A stretch of 64,000 bases of DNA, from the NCBI GenBank assembly GCA_041305345.1, contig JBFYLP010000002.1, forward strand, positions 5,367 through 69,366, read 5' to 3'. A model generated the notes under the pieces. That model was not told where the DNA came from. It saw only the letters and a program-made list of their open reading frames with translations, and ran no database searches. Source of the stretch: Candidatus Micrarchaeota archaeon. Its GTDB lineage: Archaea; Micrarchaeota; Micrarchaeia; Norongarragalinales; SBBD01. The position numbers were made by a program, and so were the translations under genes. Positions 9,927 to 19,539 of this stretch are shown here, piece after piece (position 1 is the stretch's first letter; every line of letters begins with the position of its first letter).

Positions 9927-10472
9927 ATGGCTAAGGAAATTGTTATGCCCGGTGAGCTTCTGGGCATCGAGGAGGAGTTTTTCGGCAATGAGAAGACATT
10001 TTCAGAGGAAGGAAACGTCTATTCGATGGTCCTTGGCGAGAAGCAAGTGCTAAATAAGCAGCTCCAGGTGGTAAGCCCCAAATTCTGCCGGAACCTTTCC
10101 CGGGGCGACCTTGTAATTGGCGTGGTGCAGGATCTGTACGATTCGGTCTCGCTAATAGAGGTCCAAAGTGCGGACGACTCCAAGGAGCGGAAGGCAATCG
10201 GGAAGACTTATTGCTACATGCGCATAACCGAGCTCAGCAGGGGAGGGCGGTACATCGAGAATTTTCGGCAATTCATCAAGATCGGCGACATACTGAAGGC
10301 GAGGGTGATTGAAGTTACGCCCCTAGGCACGTACCTGTCTATTGCAGATGAGGGCCTTGGCGTCCTGAAGGCGCATTGCTCAAATTGCCATTCCCAGCTA
10401 ACCCAGCACGGACGCCTCCTTTCGTGCGGCAATTGCGGGAACAAGGAAAACCGCAAGCTCGCAATGGGCTGA
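9927..10472 (+). CDS. csl4: exosome complex RNA-binding protein Csl4 (S1 domain plus C-terminal Zn-ribbon)
   Basis: S1-like core followed by CSNCHSQL...CGNCG zinc ribbon. About 180 aa. The TTG at 9912 in the ORF table was replaced by the ATG at 9927. Confidence 0.75.
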   Translation: MAKEIVMPGELLGIEEEFFGNEKTFSEEGNVYSMVLGEKQVLNKQLQVVSPKFCRNLSRGDLVIGVVQDLYDSVSLIEVQSADDSKERKAIGKTYCYMRITELSRGGRYIENFRQFIKIGDILKARVIEVTPLGTYLSIADEGLGVLKAHCSNCHSQLTQHGRLLSCGNCGNKENRKLAMG

Positions 10473-10513
10473 TCATTACGAATTATGATCTGAAAGGGAT
10501 GGTTTGCGGCTTG

Positions 10514-11125
10514 TCAGGAAACTCTGATTTTCAAGCTTCCCTGCCTTAGAATCTTAGGCTTCCTACCCGAAAAGTCAACAACCGTGGTTGGAAGAGTGGA
10601 TTTCAGGTTCCCGCCATCGATTATCAGGTCCACTTTACCCCCAAATGTGCGGACAATTTCCCTTATCGAATAGATTTCCCTTTTTCCGGACAAATTCGCG
10701 CTAGTTGCGGTAATGGGCTTCCTAAAATTATAGGTCAATGCGATGATGAATGGGTGCGAAGAGATCCGGATGCCAATCGTTTTGCCTTTTGAAACATTTT
10801 TTGCCATTTTTGATGCTTTCTTCCTAAGAATCAATGTCAGCGGGCCAGGAAGGTATTTTTTCATCAGACGTTTGGCAATATTCGCGATTTGCACATATTC
10901 TCCCGCCTCCTTTGCATCAAAGAAGAATACGGACAGCGCCTTAGTTCTTTCCCTCCCCTTTAACCTGAAAACATTTTCCACAGCTTTCCGGTTGGTCGCA
11001 TCGGCAAGCAACCCATAGCAGGTTTCTGTGGGTGCTATTATGATGCCTCCTTTTGCCAATATGTAGACGGCTGTGGATATTGCCGAGGGGTGGTTATTTT
11101 TAATGATTTTAGTGTTCATTGTCAA
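10514..11125 (-). CDS. tsaC: L-threonylcarbamoyladenylate synthase, YrdC/Sua5 family (tRNA t6A37)
   Basis: ILAKGGIIIAPTETCYGLLADATNRKAVENVFRLKGRERTKAL is a YrdC-domain signature. Confidence 0.8.
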   Translation of the reverse strand: MTMNTKIIKNNHPSAISTAVYILAKGGIIIAPTETCYGLLADATNRKAVENVFRLKGRERTKALSVFFFDAKEAGEYVQIANIAKRLMKKYLPGPLTLILRKKASKMAKNVSKGKTIGIRISSHPFIIALTYNFRKPITATSANLSGKREIYSIREIVRTFGGKVDLIIDGGNLKSTLPTTVVDFSGRKPKILRQGSLKIRVS

Positions 11126-11163
11126 TTAACACCACTGAATTATTGCCGCCTCAATCCTTCCCT

Positions 11164-11724
11164 CTAGAAGAAGTCCCTCACGACATCGTTGATGCTTTTC
11201 TTGATCCCCTCGTGCTTCTCCTCGTGCCATTTTATGAAGTCCTCGGCAAAAAGTATCGAGAATAGGACAATGGAATAAAAGAGCAAAGCGACCCCCTGCG
11301 AGGTGATGAAATCGTACCTTTCCATCGGGGTAGGCAGGTCGAGGTCCGCAAAAGAATAGCTCGCGTGCGAAAGGGGGTAAAACAGCTGCACCCGGTAATC
11401 CGCGGAATAGAACATGTCCGCAACAAGGTGCCCAACGAGCATTGCAATCACTACGAGGAAAAACTGCTGCATTTCGGTTGATTTGAACTTGTGGTTCCTT
11501 TCGGTTTTATATGCGGCATAAAAGAACAGCAATGGCACGCCGATCGTTACGAAAACGTTGTGGAAGGGCTTGGGGTTGAGCGCATCTATGTAAAGAAAAT
11601 GGTCGAAATCAATGAGCACGGCAAATGATGCAGCTGCAAGCACGAACCATAGCTTGTGCCTTTTGTGCAAGTCGAGAGCCAGCGCTGCGATTACCGAGAA
11701 AACGAAATGGAAAAGGGAGTCCAT
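11164..11724 (-). CDS. membrane-bound metal-dependent hydrolase, DUF457/YdjM-like
   Basis: N-terminal MDSLFHFVFSVIAALALDL...LIDFDHFLYID with conserved His/Asp. Four TM segments. Confidence 0.6.
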   Translation of the reverse strand: MDSLFHFVFSVIAALALDLHKRHKLWFVLAAASFAVLIDFDHFLYIDALNPKPFHNVFVTIGVPLLFFYAAYKTERNHKFKSTEMQQFFLVVIAMLVGHLVADMFYSADYRVQLFYPLSHASYSFADLDLPTPMERYDFITSQGVALLFYSIVLFSILFAEDFIKWHEEKHEGIKKSINDVVRDFF

Positions 11725-11829
11725 ATTACTAAGAATGGGGGGCCGTTTAAAACCATTTCCATCCCTCAGGCAAAATGAACATGAAAGTTAATCCGGCCGT
11801 TTAAAATCATTTCCATCCTATCTCTAATT

Positions 11830-12318
11830 ATGAAAACCGCATTGGTCATTGGCAGGTTCCAGCCCTTCCATAATGGGCATTTGGAAGCATTAAGGAAAAT
11901 CATTAGGGAAAATGGCGCGTTGCTATTGGTGATTGGGAGCGCCCAGGAAAGCAGGACCGAAAAGAATCCGTTTACCGTTGGGGAGCGGATCGAAATGATC
12001 TCAAATTGCCTTCGGAATGAGGGATTGCTTTCAATGACAAAATTGGTAACGCTAAATGATGAGAACGACCATTCACGATGGCTCAAACGCCTTCTTGAAA
12101 TCGCAAAAACCGCGGATGTTGCCTACTCCGGCAATTGGCTGGTGCAGCATTTGCTCAAAAACAGGTTAAAAGTGCAGAAGATGACCTCGAGCGTAAAAAT
12201 ATCCGCCACGGAGATAAGGAGGATGATCCGTTCCAAGGACCCGAAATGGAAACAATTCGTGCCTCCGGCAATAATTAGCTGCTTGGTCAAGGGACGTCTA
12301 TTGAGGCACGTAACCTGA
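11830..12318 (+). CDS. nadM: nicotinamide-nucleotide adenylyltransferase, archaeal type
   Basis: GRFQPFHNGH (HxGH) motif near the N-terminus. About 160 aa. Confidence 0.85.
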   Translation: MKTALVIGRFQPFHNGHLEALRKIIRENGALLLVIGSAQESRTEKNPFTVGERIEMISNCLRNEGLLSMTKLVTLNDENDHSRWLKRLLEIAKTADVAYSGNWLVQHLLKNRLKVQKMTSSVKISATEIRRMIRSKDPKWKQFVPPAIISCLVKGRLLRHVT

Positions 12319-12324
12319 ACGGTC

Positions 12325-12888
12325 CTATTTCCTAAGGAACCAGGCCGCAAACTTCCTAAGCGCCTTTGCACGGTGGGAAAATTCCGCCTTTTCCGCCTTA
12401 TCCATCCTGCTGATCCTCTTTGCCTTCCCCTCCGGGATAAAAAACGCCTCATACGGCAGTTTTTGGTTCCTGAATGCGGGGGAATCTGGAGCTTTTGTTA
12501 TGGTGCCCCTGCAAATCCCAACAAAGGTTTTAATGTTTTTTCCGTCGTGGTAGGCAACCACCGTCTTGAAATGGGCGCCACGATCCTTTCCCCTAAGCAA
12601 ACGCAGCAATCCCCCGTAACCCATTGCCTTGAAGATGAATGCAGGGAATACACCGGGGAAATTCACATACGCGTTGAAATATACGCCCGTATCCTCTGCG
12701 ATAACGGGTTTTTTTATGGCCAAGAACGCGGATTTGGCCTTTTCGATTGCAATCCTCTCCTGATCCTCAGATCTGATTTCATTTAGCTCCATTTCGGCAG
12801 GAATCACTTTTATTCGCACCCTTCCCAAAATCTGCCTTGCCTCCGCGATTTTTTCCGGGTTTGAGCTTGCAAAATGGATGGTTTTCAT
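12325..12888 (-). CDS. non-canonical purine NTP pyrophosphatase (Ham1/RdgB, ITPase)
   Basis: Motifs SSNPEKIAEARQIL, EDTGVYFNAYVNFPG and FSHRAKALRKF. Start taken at the internal ATG (MKTIHFASS) to avoid overlapping the ATPase 3' end. Confidence 0.8.
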   Translation of the reverse strand: MKTIHFASSNPEKIAEARQILGRVRIKVIPAEMELNEIRSEDQERIAIEKAKSAFLAIKKPVIAEDTGVYFNAYVNFPGVFPAFIFKAMGYGGLLRLLRGKDRGAHFKTVVAYHDGKNIKTFVGICRGTITKAPDSPAFRNQKLPYEAFFIPEGKAKRISRMDKAEKAEFSHRAKALRKFAAWFLRK

Positions 12889-12937
12889 CTTTACGACACC
12901 GGCATATCTCTCGATTCGGCTGCCATACGCGTGAATT

Positions 12938-15688
12938 TCAAGCAAGCCGCCCCGTCTTCCTGAAATGAGTGTAATGCTTTGCCACTTCCCCTAAGATGAA
13001 AATTGAGGATCCGACCATCAGGATCGCTAGCCAATCAGCTGCGGATAATGGCACCGTCTTGAACACTGCCTCGAGCACGCCCGTCTGGACTATTGCAACC
13101 TGCGCAACAAGGCCCAGGATCACTGCGGCAAAAAGGAACCTGTTTTTCAAGACGCCAACGGATACGAGCAATTCCCTGCCGGTATGCCAGCTCATTGCAA
13201 GGAAAAGCTGGAAGAAAATGATGGTGCTGAATGCAACCGTCCTCGCTTTTTCCAAGCCATCATTTAGGTTGACATACCAAAACAGCCCAAGAGTGCCAAT
13301 TGCCATCAATATGCCAATGAAGGCGAGCCTTTTTACCTCTGCATCAGAGATCAGCGGCTCGCCTGGATTCCTCGGCCTGCGGGCCATGATGTCCAAAGCC
13401 TTGGTATCCGCTGCGAGCGCAAGCGCAGGCAGGGCATCTGTTGCAAGGTTCATCCAAAGGATTTGTATGGGAATTAGGGGTGAATCCCAGCCAAGCAAAA
13501 TCGCAACGAGGATTACGAGTACCTCGCCGATGTTGCAGGAAAGCAGGTATTTTACTGCCTTCATAATGTTGTCGAATACTATCCTGCCCTCCTCGACCGC
13601 AGCCACGATGGATGCGAAATTGTCGTCCGTAATCACCATATCGGCGCTTTCCTTGGCAACGTCCGTCCCGGTAATCCCCATCGCAACCCCGATGTCGGAT
13701 TTTTTTATTGCAGGCGCATCATTGACGCCATCTCCCGTCATTGCCACTATCTCGCCCTTCTTTTGCAATGCGGCTACGATCCTAAGCTTGTGTTCCGGGG
13801 AGACCCTTGCGTAAACCGCAACGTTGCCAACGATTTTTTCGAATTCGGCATCCGTTAGCTCTTCCAGTTTCCTTCCTGTAAGTATCAGGTCCTTCCTTTC
13901 ATCATACATCCCAAGTTCCTTCGCTACCGCTCTTGCCGTCAAATCATTGTCGCCAGTAATCATGACTGCCTTTATTCCCGCCTTCTTGCAGATGGCAATT
14001 GCCTCCCTGGCCTCCTGCCTTGGCGAATCCATCATCGCCATCAAACCCACGAATACGAGCTCGTTTTCGATCTCGCCGATCTTGAATCCCTTAATCGACT
14101 TGTCCCTTATCATTTTGAACGCAAAACCCAGGACCCTAAGGCCCTCGGATGCGAAGGAGGCATTCTTTTTCAGAATGACTGCCTTCCCATCGCTGGTAAG
14201 CTTTTCGATTTTGCCATTTCTCATCGTGTAGCCGCATTTTTCAACAAGCATTTCGGGTGCTCCCTTGGTGTATGCGATCTTACCCGCCTCCTCCTCCTCG
14301 TAAATTACGGTCATCATCTTCCTACTCGAATCGAAGGGCAGTTCCTCAAGTTTCCTACGGCTCCTCCTTTCGAGCGAATAATCGATCCCCGCCTTTTTTG
14401 CTGCAACCAGCAGGCACGCTTCTGTGGGATCGCCAATGATGCTGCTGCTTTCTGCAAGTGCAGCATTATTGCAAAGGATTGCCGAGTTGAGGAGCTCGGT
14501 TAGGTTGGGTTCTTGCAACGGGCTTGGTATCCTCTTCCCCGTACTATCCAAAAATTCCCCGATGGCCTCGTAACCCTGCCCCGATATTCCAAAATCCCTC
14601 CTGTTCGTGAACACCTTCCTGACAGTCATCTCGTTTTTCGTGAGCGTTCCAGTCTTGTCCGAGCAGATTATGGTAGAAGAACCCAGCCCTTCGGCAGCAG
14701 GAAGCCTTCTGATGATCGAATTCCTCTTTGCCATCCTTTGCACGCCTATCGCAAGCGCAATGGTCACAACCGCCGGAAGCCCTTCCGGTATTGCTGCCAC
14801 GGCCAAGCTTACGGCAATGAGGAACATATCGACAATTATCTTTATGGTAACCCCCGCGCCCGCAACGCTCCTCCCAATTCCAACGATGAATACCAAAATT
14901 GTTGCAGCTATAGCTAACTTTCCAAGCTGCTTTCCAAGGGATTCCAATTTGACTTGCAAGGGCGTTTGTTCATCCTCAATTTCCTGCACAAGGTTTGCGA
15001 TCCTCCCTATTTCAGTGCTTTCGCCAGTGAAGCATACAACTGCCCTGGCAGAACCCGCAGTTACAAGGGTGCTCATGAACACCATGTTGTTACGGTCGTT
15101 GATCACCATCTTATACTCCACAATGGAAAGCGCATCCTTTTGTGCAGGCGCGCTTTCACCGGTAAGGCTCGCCTCTGAAACCTCCAGGTTGTGCGCCTCG
15201 ATAAGGCGGGCATCAGCTGGCACCTTGTCGCCCTCACTTAGCAGGATGATGTCCCCCGGAACAAGGTCGGATGTCGCTATCTCCCTCTCCTTCCCATCCC
15301 GGAGCACTTTCGCCTTGGGCTGGATTAATTTCCTTAGCGCTTCTATTGCCTTTCCCGCGTTATATTCCTGGTAGACGCCAATTACCGCATTGATGAATAC
15401 GATCGCAAGAATGGCAACAGAATCGATGTATTCGCCCTCATTCGTAAGGAATGTCGTTGCAGCTGAGATGATGGCTGCTGCTATCAGCAATAAAATGACA
15501 AAATCCTTGAACTCGCCAATGAACATGTCCAAAACGGTTCGTTTCTTCCGCTCCTTCAGCACGTTATTGCCATATTGCTTCAATCTTTCGGCTGCTTCCT
15601 TTGCATTCAACCCTTCGGTTCCCGAACCCAGCTTTTTCAAGGCTTCGGCTGCACTGATTGAGTAATAATTGGCCCCTGCGTTTGGCAT
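12938..15688 (-). CDS. P-type cation-transporting ATPase, type IIA (Ca2+/SERCA-like)
   Basis: Motifs CSDKTGTLTKNEM, MITGDN and GDGVNDAPAIKKSDIGVAMG. Ten TM segments. 916 aa. Confidence 0.9.
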   Translation of the reverse strand: MPNAGANYYSISAAEALKKLGSGTEGLNAKEAAERLKQYGNNVLKERKKRTVLDMFIGEFKDFVILLLIAAAIISAATTFLTNEGEYIDSVAILAIVFINAVIGVYQEYNAGKAIEALRKLIQPKAKVLRDGKEREIATSDLVPGDIILLSEGDKVPADARLIEAHNLEVSEASLTGESAPAQKDALSIVEYKMVINDRNNMVFMSTLVTAGSARAVVCFTGESTEIGRIANLVQEIEDEQTPLQVKLESLGKQLGKLAIAATILVFIVGIGRSVAGAGVTIKIIVDMFLIAVSLAVAAIPEGLPAVVTIALAIGVQRMAKRNSIIRRLPAAEGLGSSTIICSDKTGTLTKNEMTVRKVFTNRRDFGISGQGYEAIGEFLDSTGKRIPSPLQEPNLTELLNSAILCNNAALAESSSIIGDPTEACLLVAAKKAGIDYSLERRSRRKLEELPFDSSRKMMTVIYEEEEAGKIAYTKGAPEMLVEKCGYTMRNGKIEKLTSDGKAVILKKNASFASEGLRVLGFAFKMIRDKSIKGFKIGEIENELVFVGLMAMMDSPRQEAREAIAICKKAGIKAVMITGDNDLTARAVAKELGMYDERKDLILTGRKLEELTDAEFEKIVGNVAVYARVSPEHKLRIVAALQKKGEIVAMTGDGVNDAPAIKKSDIGVAMGITGTDVAKESADMVITDDNFASIVAAVEEGRIVFDNIMKAVKYLLSCNIGEVLVILVAILLGWDSPLIPIQILWMNLATDALPALALAADTKALDIMARRPRNPGEPLISDAEVKRLAFIGILMAIGTLGLFWYVNLNDGLEKARTVAFSTIIFFQLFLAMSWHTGRELLVSVGVLKNRFLFAAVILGLVAQVAIVQTGVLEAVFKTVPLSAADWLAILMVGSSIFILGEVAKHYTHFRKTGRLA

Positions 15689-15740
15689 TTGTAATCGCTA
15701 TTAGGTAAAATGCCCGATTTATAATAGTTTTCGGGCGGCA

Positions 15741-16556
15741 TCATCTAGGCTTACTTAGCAATTGGCCCAATTCCCCCCCCCGTGCAATAAACCATCGGCG
15801 GATTTTAGCCGCCGATTTTAGCTCGGACATGCTCAACCCGTATTTTGGCGAAATCCTTGCCTTCCTTATTATTTTGAACCCAAGACCGCGATAAAGGTCG
15901 ACCAAATCCGGCGTATGCCCTCCCCCCTGCGTGGAAAAGACGTTTCCCTCCCTCAAAAGCCTTCCAATTCTAAGGGCCTGGGAAGCATTACGCCGAATCT
16001 GCAAGACCTCCTTTTCAATCCTTGTTTTTGGGACATTAGCAAAAAGCTTCCTCACCAGCGGGTTATCCGTATACGCACTGGAGTAATGTTTATTGGCCCC
16101 AATGGCCTTCAAATAATCCCGGGCATCGTATTTGGTTGGGTCGGGAAGGTCGGCGGTTGTCGCTTTCATTCCCCGTTTCTCAAACCTCTTGAGGTAAATG
16201 GGCTGCAATCTCTGTTCGAGAGCAGCAATTGGGAATTCCTTCCCACTTATGCCCATCCTGTCCATTATCCTCTTCCAGGATGCGGTCCCCCTTGCTAACT
16301 GGAAGTCGTGGCTGTCCCCAAAAAAAGCTATCCTGCGGCGTTTACCCCCGAATATCCCTTCCATCACGAAAAAATTCGGTTCCCTTCTTGCAATTGTCCG
16401 CGCCGTGTCCAAGTTAAGCGCATCCATCCTGAATTTGTCACCGTTGGATGCCCGGACATCGTAGAAGTAGGCTTTCCGCTCGCCATCATACCCGAACTTG
16501 ACCCTTGTTGGCACCCCGGCTTCCAACAAATCCGGTTTCCTTGGCATCGTCATCAA
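15741..16556 (-). CDS. hypothetical protein (Arg-rich, no recognised motif)
   Basis: 271-aa ORF with coherent codon usage. Composition is R/G-rich against Lys-rich neighbours. Confidence 0.4.
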   Translation of the reverse strand: MMTMPRKPDLLEAGVPTRVKFGYDGERKAYFYDVRASNGDKFRMDALNLDTARTIARREPNFFVMEGIFGGKRRRIAFFGDSHDFQLARGTASWKRIMDRMGISGKEFPIAALEQRLQPIYLKRFEKRGMKATTADLPDPTKYDARDYLKAIGANKHYSSAYTDNPLVRKLFANVPKTRIEKEVLQIRRNASQALRIGRLLREGNVFSTQGGGHTPDLVDLYRGLGFKIIRKARISPKYGLSMSELKSAAKIRRWFIARGGELGQLLSKPR

Positions 16557-16612
16557 TAAAAGTACTGAACCACTCCATAATAAATGTGCATTAATGTTGA
16601 ATCGCAGCCTTT

Positions 16613-17542
16613 CTACCCTTCTCCTCCCTTGGCAATTTCATTCCTGCTCTTCCAAAAGAAATAGCCGATGATTGCTATGGTTGCAATGGGGGAGAACCAA
16701 TTTGGGATGTGGCCGCCGAATGCATCCCAAATCATCACTGAACCAAGAACAAGGATGGAGTACATCGCGCCGTTCTTCAGGTACTTGTATTTCTGCACGT
16801 TTTCGACATTCCGAATCGTAAACTCCCGCACAACGAAAGCCCCAATCCCATTTCCCAGCAGGATTAGGGGCACCGAAAGCGTGAATGCGAAAGCGCCAAT
16901 CACCCCATCTATGGAAAAGCTCGCATCGATCACCTCCAGGTAGAGGATTTTGCTCCAATCCGACATTTTGCTGCTTCCATCGAGCATTTCCTTCTCCTTT
17001 ACTTCGGCGTTTTGCCTAAAGCCGTGCACTATGAAGAAAGCTGTTGAGCCGACAACCGCGGAAAACGCCATCAGCGGGTTGATTTGTATCGCTTCCCAGG
17101 TGATTAATGCAAGAAGGACCGAAACAACCGCGTAGAACCAAACGCCCTGCTCCTGGAAGAATTTCTCCCCGCAGAGGCCGAAATTCTTGTGCTCCAGGAA
17201 GAGCCAGTGGAAGAACAGGAAAATGAGGAATACGCCTCCCCCAACAAGGAGAAGGGGCGCAGAGCTTTCAATCGCGGCTATTACCGCTGGGTCCGAACTG
17301 AAGGTCGCAGTCAAGGCGCCCATTGGGCCTAGTTGGGGATTTGAAAAATAAACTATGGCAAGCGGGAGCAATCCCCTAATTAGGAATACCGCTATTAGGA
17401 GCCCCCAGAAGAGGAACCATCTCCTTGCCCACGGCGACATCTTCCGAAGTATCTCCGCATTGATCACGGCATTGTCAAAGCTGCTGACGGATTCGAATAC
17501 GACAAGGCCAAGAATGGTTAGCAGTGCGAAAAAAATATCCAT
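16613..17542 (-). CDS. TerC/DUF475-family integral membrane protein
   Basis: N-terminal ESVSSFDNAVINAEIL (E..S.DNA motif) and seven or more TM segments. Confidence 0.5.
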   Translation of the reverse strand: MDIFFALLTILGLVVFESVSSFDNAVINAEILRKMSPWARRWFLFWGLLIAVFLIRGLLPLAIVYFSNPQLGPMGALTATFSSDPAVIAAIESSAPLLLVGGGVFLIFLFFHWLFLEHKNFGLCGEKFFQEQGVWFYAVVSVLLALITWEAIQINPLMAFSAVVGSTAFFIVHGFRQNAEVKEKEMLDGSSKMSDWSKILYLEVIDASFSIDGVIGAFAFTLSVPLILLGNGIGAFVVREFTIRNVENVQKYKYLKNGAMYSILVLGSVMIWDAFGGHIPNWFSPIATIAIIGYFFWKSRNEIAKGGEG

Positions 17543-17601
17543 AAGGAGAATTAGAAAGGCAATTTTAAAAATGGATCATGAAAAGGAATTCTGCGTTCAT
17601 C

Positions 17602-17988
17602 CTATTTCCTTCCCTTCGCATGAAGCTTGCGGTTGCCATCGTTCATAAGCTTCCTTCCCTTCACGACGTTGAAATTCATCCTTTCCAGCTGCGCATACTT
17701 CTTCCTTTCCTCGATGTCTTCCTTCATCTGCTTTTGCCTGTTTTTCCTTATGGCAACTGCTTCCTCAACGTCCTCCGGGGAGAGCGAGTAAACGAAATAA
17801 TTGGAGAAGGTGAGCGAGGAATGGCCCGTTTGCGCCTTGACGCTCTTCAAGTCCTCGGGGGAGGCGGTCTTTAGCACTACCGTTGAATTGCAGTCATTGC
17901 ACACCTTGTGCTTCTGGCTTGCATCCCAAACCTGCTTCGCGCTGCAGCTGCCGCACTTGACAACGAAAACCTTTATTGAGTCATTCAT
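17602..17988 (-). CDS. Zn-ribbon protein with Lys-rich C-terminal tail
   Basis: CGSC...x17...CNDC four-Cys ribbon, then a KKYAQLERMNF...KGRK basic tail. Confidence 0.4.
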   Translation of the reverse strand: MNDSIKVFVVKCGSCSAKQVWDASQKHKVCNDCNSTVVLKTASPEDLKSVKAQTGHSSLTFSNYFVYSLSPEDVEEAVAIRKNRQKQMKEDIEERKKYAQLERMNFNVVKGRKLMNDGNRKLHAKGRK

Positions 17989-18178
17989 TTTCCCACCTGA
18001 AGCTAATTAGAATAAAGGCAAATTAACCACTGACCAGCAGTATATTATTGTTGCTCCAATATATATACCTTGCGAATAACCCCCACCATAGTATAACGAA
18101 AAATGAGAACTACACCAATTATTGTGCTTCCTTGCTAAAATAGGTGTCGTTTAACTTAACCAATTCCTGCTTGCAGCC

Positions 18179-18667
18179 TTATTCGTCCTTCAACCTCAAT
18201 TTCAACCCCTGCCCTGCTTTTCCAATTGCATTCTTAAATGATGCTGCAGCCTCCTGCGGCAAGCGGCATCCGAAGCGTTCGCCATCCGATGTTAGCACGA
18301 TCACCTCAGTCATCCGGATGTCGTCAGTTGCAAGCGACACTTCAATTTCCTTGATTTCATTCCAAGGAGCGCTCCTGAAGGCAAGTTGGCCTGCCTGCGC
18401 TTCCAAGGCAGGCAATTGCATCCCTTCCTCCTTCACCAGCAATTCCTTATCGGGCTTAAGTATGCTTTTGACGAAGAATGCCAATACGAGCAAAGCGACA
18501 ATGCCCGCGAAGACAACTGCAAGCGCATAGAGCATCTCCAATCTTCCTGCAAGTAGGCGTTGGCTAAAGTCATATGCGCTATATGCGAGTACGGAGCTAA
18601 AGCAAATGAGCACGAATATGCTAAATGCGGGATTCCTCTCCCTCCACAAAATGCCTGTTTCCATCAT
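18179..18667 (-). CDS. hypothetical membrane protein (2 TM)
   Basis: Two N-terminal TM helices and a soluble C-terminal domain. Confidence 0.35.
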   Translation of the reverse strand: MMETGILWRERNPAFSIFVLICFSSVLAYSAYDFSQRLLAGRLEMLYALAVVFAGIVALLVLAFFVKSILKPDKELLVKEEGMQLPALEAQAGQLAFRSAPWNEIKEIEVSLATDDIRMTEVIVLTSDGERFGCRLPQEAAASFKNAIGKAGQGLKLRLKDE

Positions 18668-18785
18668 AATAAACCCTTTACTGAGGGGTTATTTTTTAAC
18701 ATTCCGGGCCGCTTTTCGTCCGTTTTCTTTGCATATGAACGCTCTTTATTAACCTTTTTTACATCAATTCTGGGAGGCGATTGGA

Positions 18786-19421
18786 ATGTTTAGGGAAATC
18801 TTCAACAAGCTTATCATTCTGATTTTGGTAGTGGTTGTGGTCTTTGGCGGCATCCTCATATTCAATTCCATCAAGCCGCAGGCGGAATACTCGCCTACGG
18901 CAAGCCTCCAGCCAACTATCACGGTCGGAATAGTAACCACGGGTGGGAAAATGGCAGTAGAGAAGGGGGATACGGTTTCAGTTAGGTACTTGGGCTCTCT
19001 TGAGGACGGAACGGTTTTCGATACCAATATCGTGGAGGAGGCGAAGAAAGCAAACCTTTTCCATTCGGACAATCCCTATTCCGGCCTGGATTTTAAGGCT
19101 GGTGCAGGCCAGATGATAAAGGGCTTCGATAATGCGGTAATCGGGATGAAGGAAGGCGAGACCAAGTCGATCAAGATCCCGCCTGCAGAGGCATATGGCG
19201 CATATGACCCAACGCTTGTAAAGGAATTCCCCAAAGCCGATTTGGAGCAGGCCGGGATAACCCCCTCGGTTGGCCTTAGGATTGGCACGCAATCCGGGCT
19301 TGCTGGAAACATCACAGCAATCAATGGCCCAAACGTCACCATTGATTTCAACCACTTCCTGGCCGGAAAGACGCTGAATTTCAAGATCACGGTCGAGAAG
19401 ATAACAAAGCCCGCAAAATAG
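18786..19421 (+). CDS. membrane-anchored FKBP-type peptidyl-prolyl cis-trans isomerase, SlyD-like with IF insert
   Basis: N-terminal TM. FKBP core GDTVSVRYLGSLEDGTVFDTN...GQMIKGFDNAVIGMKEGE plus an insert-in-flap-like segment. Confidence 0.8.
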   Translation: MFREIFNKLIILILVVVVVFGGILIFNSIKPQAEYSPTASLQPTITVGIVTTGGKMAVEKGDTVSVRYLGSLEDGTVFDTNIVEEAKKANLFHSDNPYSGLDFKAGAGQMIKGFDNAVIGMKEGETKSIKIPPAEAYGAYDPTLVKEFPKADLEQAGITPSVGLRIGTQSGLAGNITAINGPNVTIDFNHFLAGKTLNFKITVEKITKPAK

Positions 19422-19539
19422 CCTAAATTTGCCGCCCCCGCATCCCGCATTTACTTTCCCCTTTTTTGATTCCCGAGCCTAAGCCCGCAGGTATTTTAAC
19501 GCTGCGATTTTAGAATAATAAGTCCGACGGGTCGTTAGA

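Noticed and set aside
12996-15374. Several 130-270-aa ORFs on the + strand (12996-13814, 13824-14231, 14607-15374)
   Set aside because: Entirely antisense to the P-type ATPase, which has unambiguous motifs. Low-complexity Ser/Ala/Ile-rich translations typical of shadow ORFs.
15773-15781. C9 (G9 on the minus strand) homopolymer considered as an SD for the ATPase
   Set aside because: It lies 85 nt from the ATPase start and inside the coding 3' end of the upstream gene, where it encodes RGGE. Not a ribosome-binding site.
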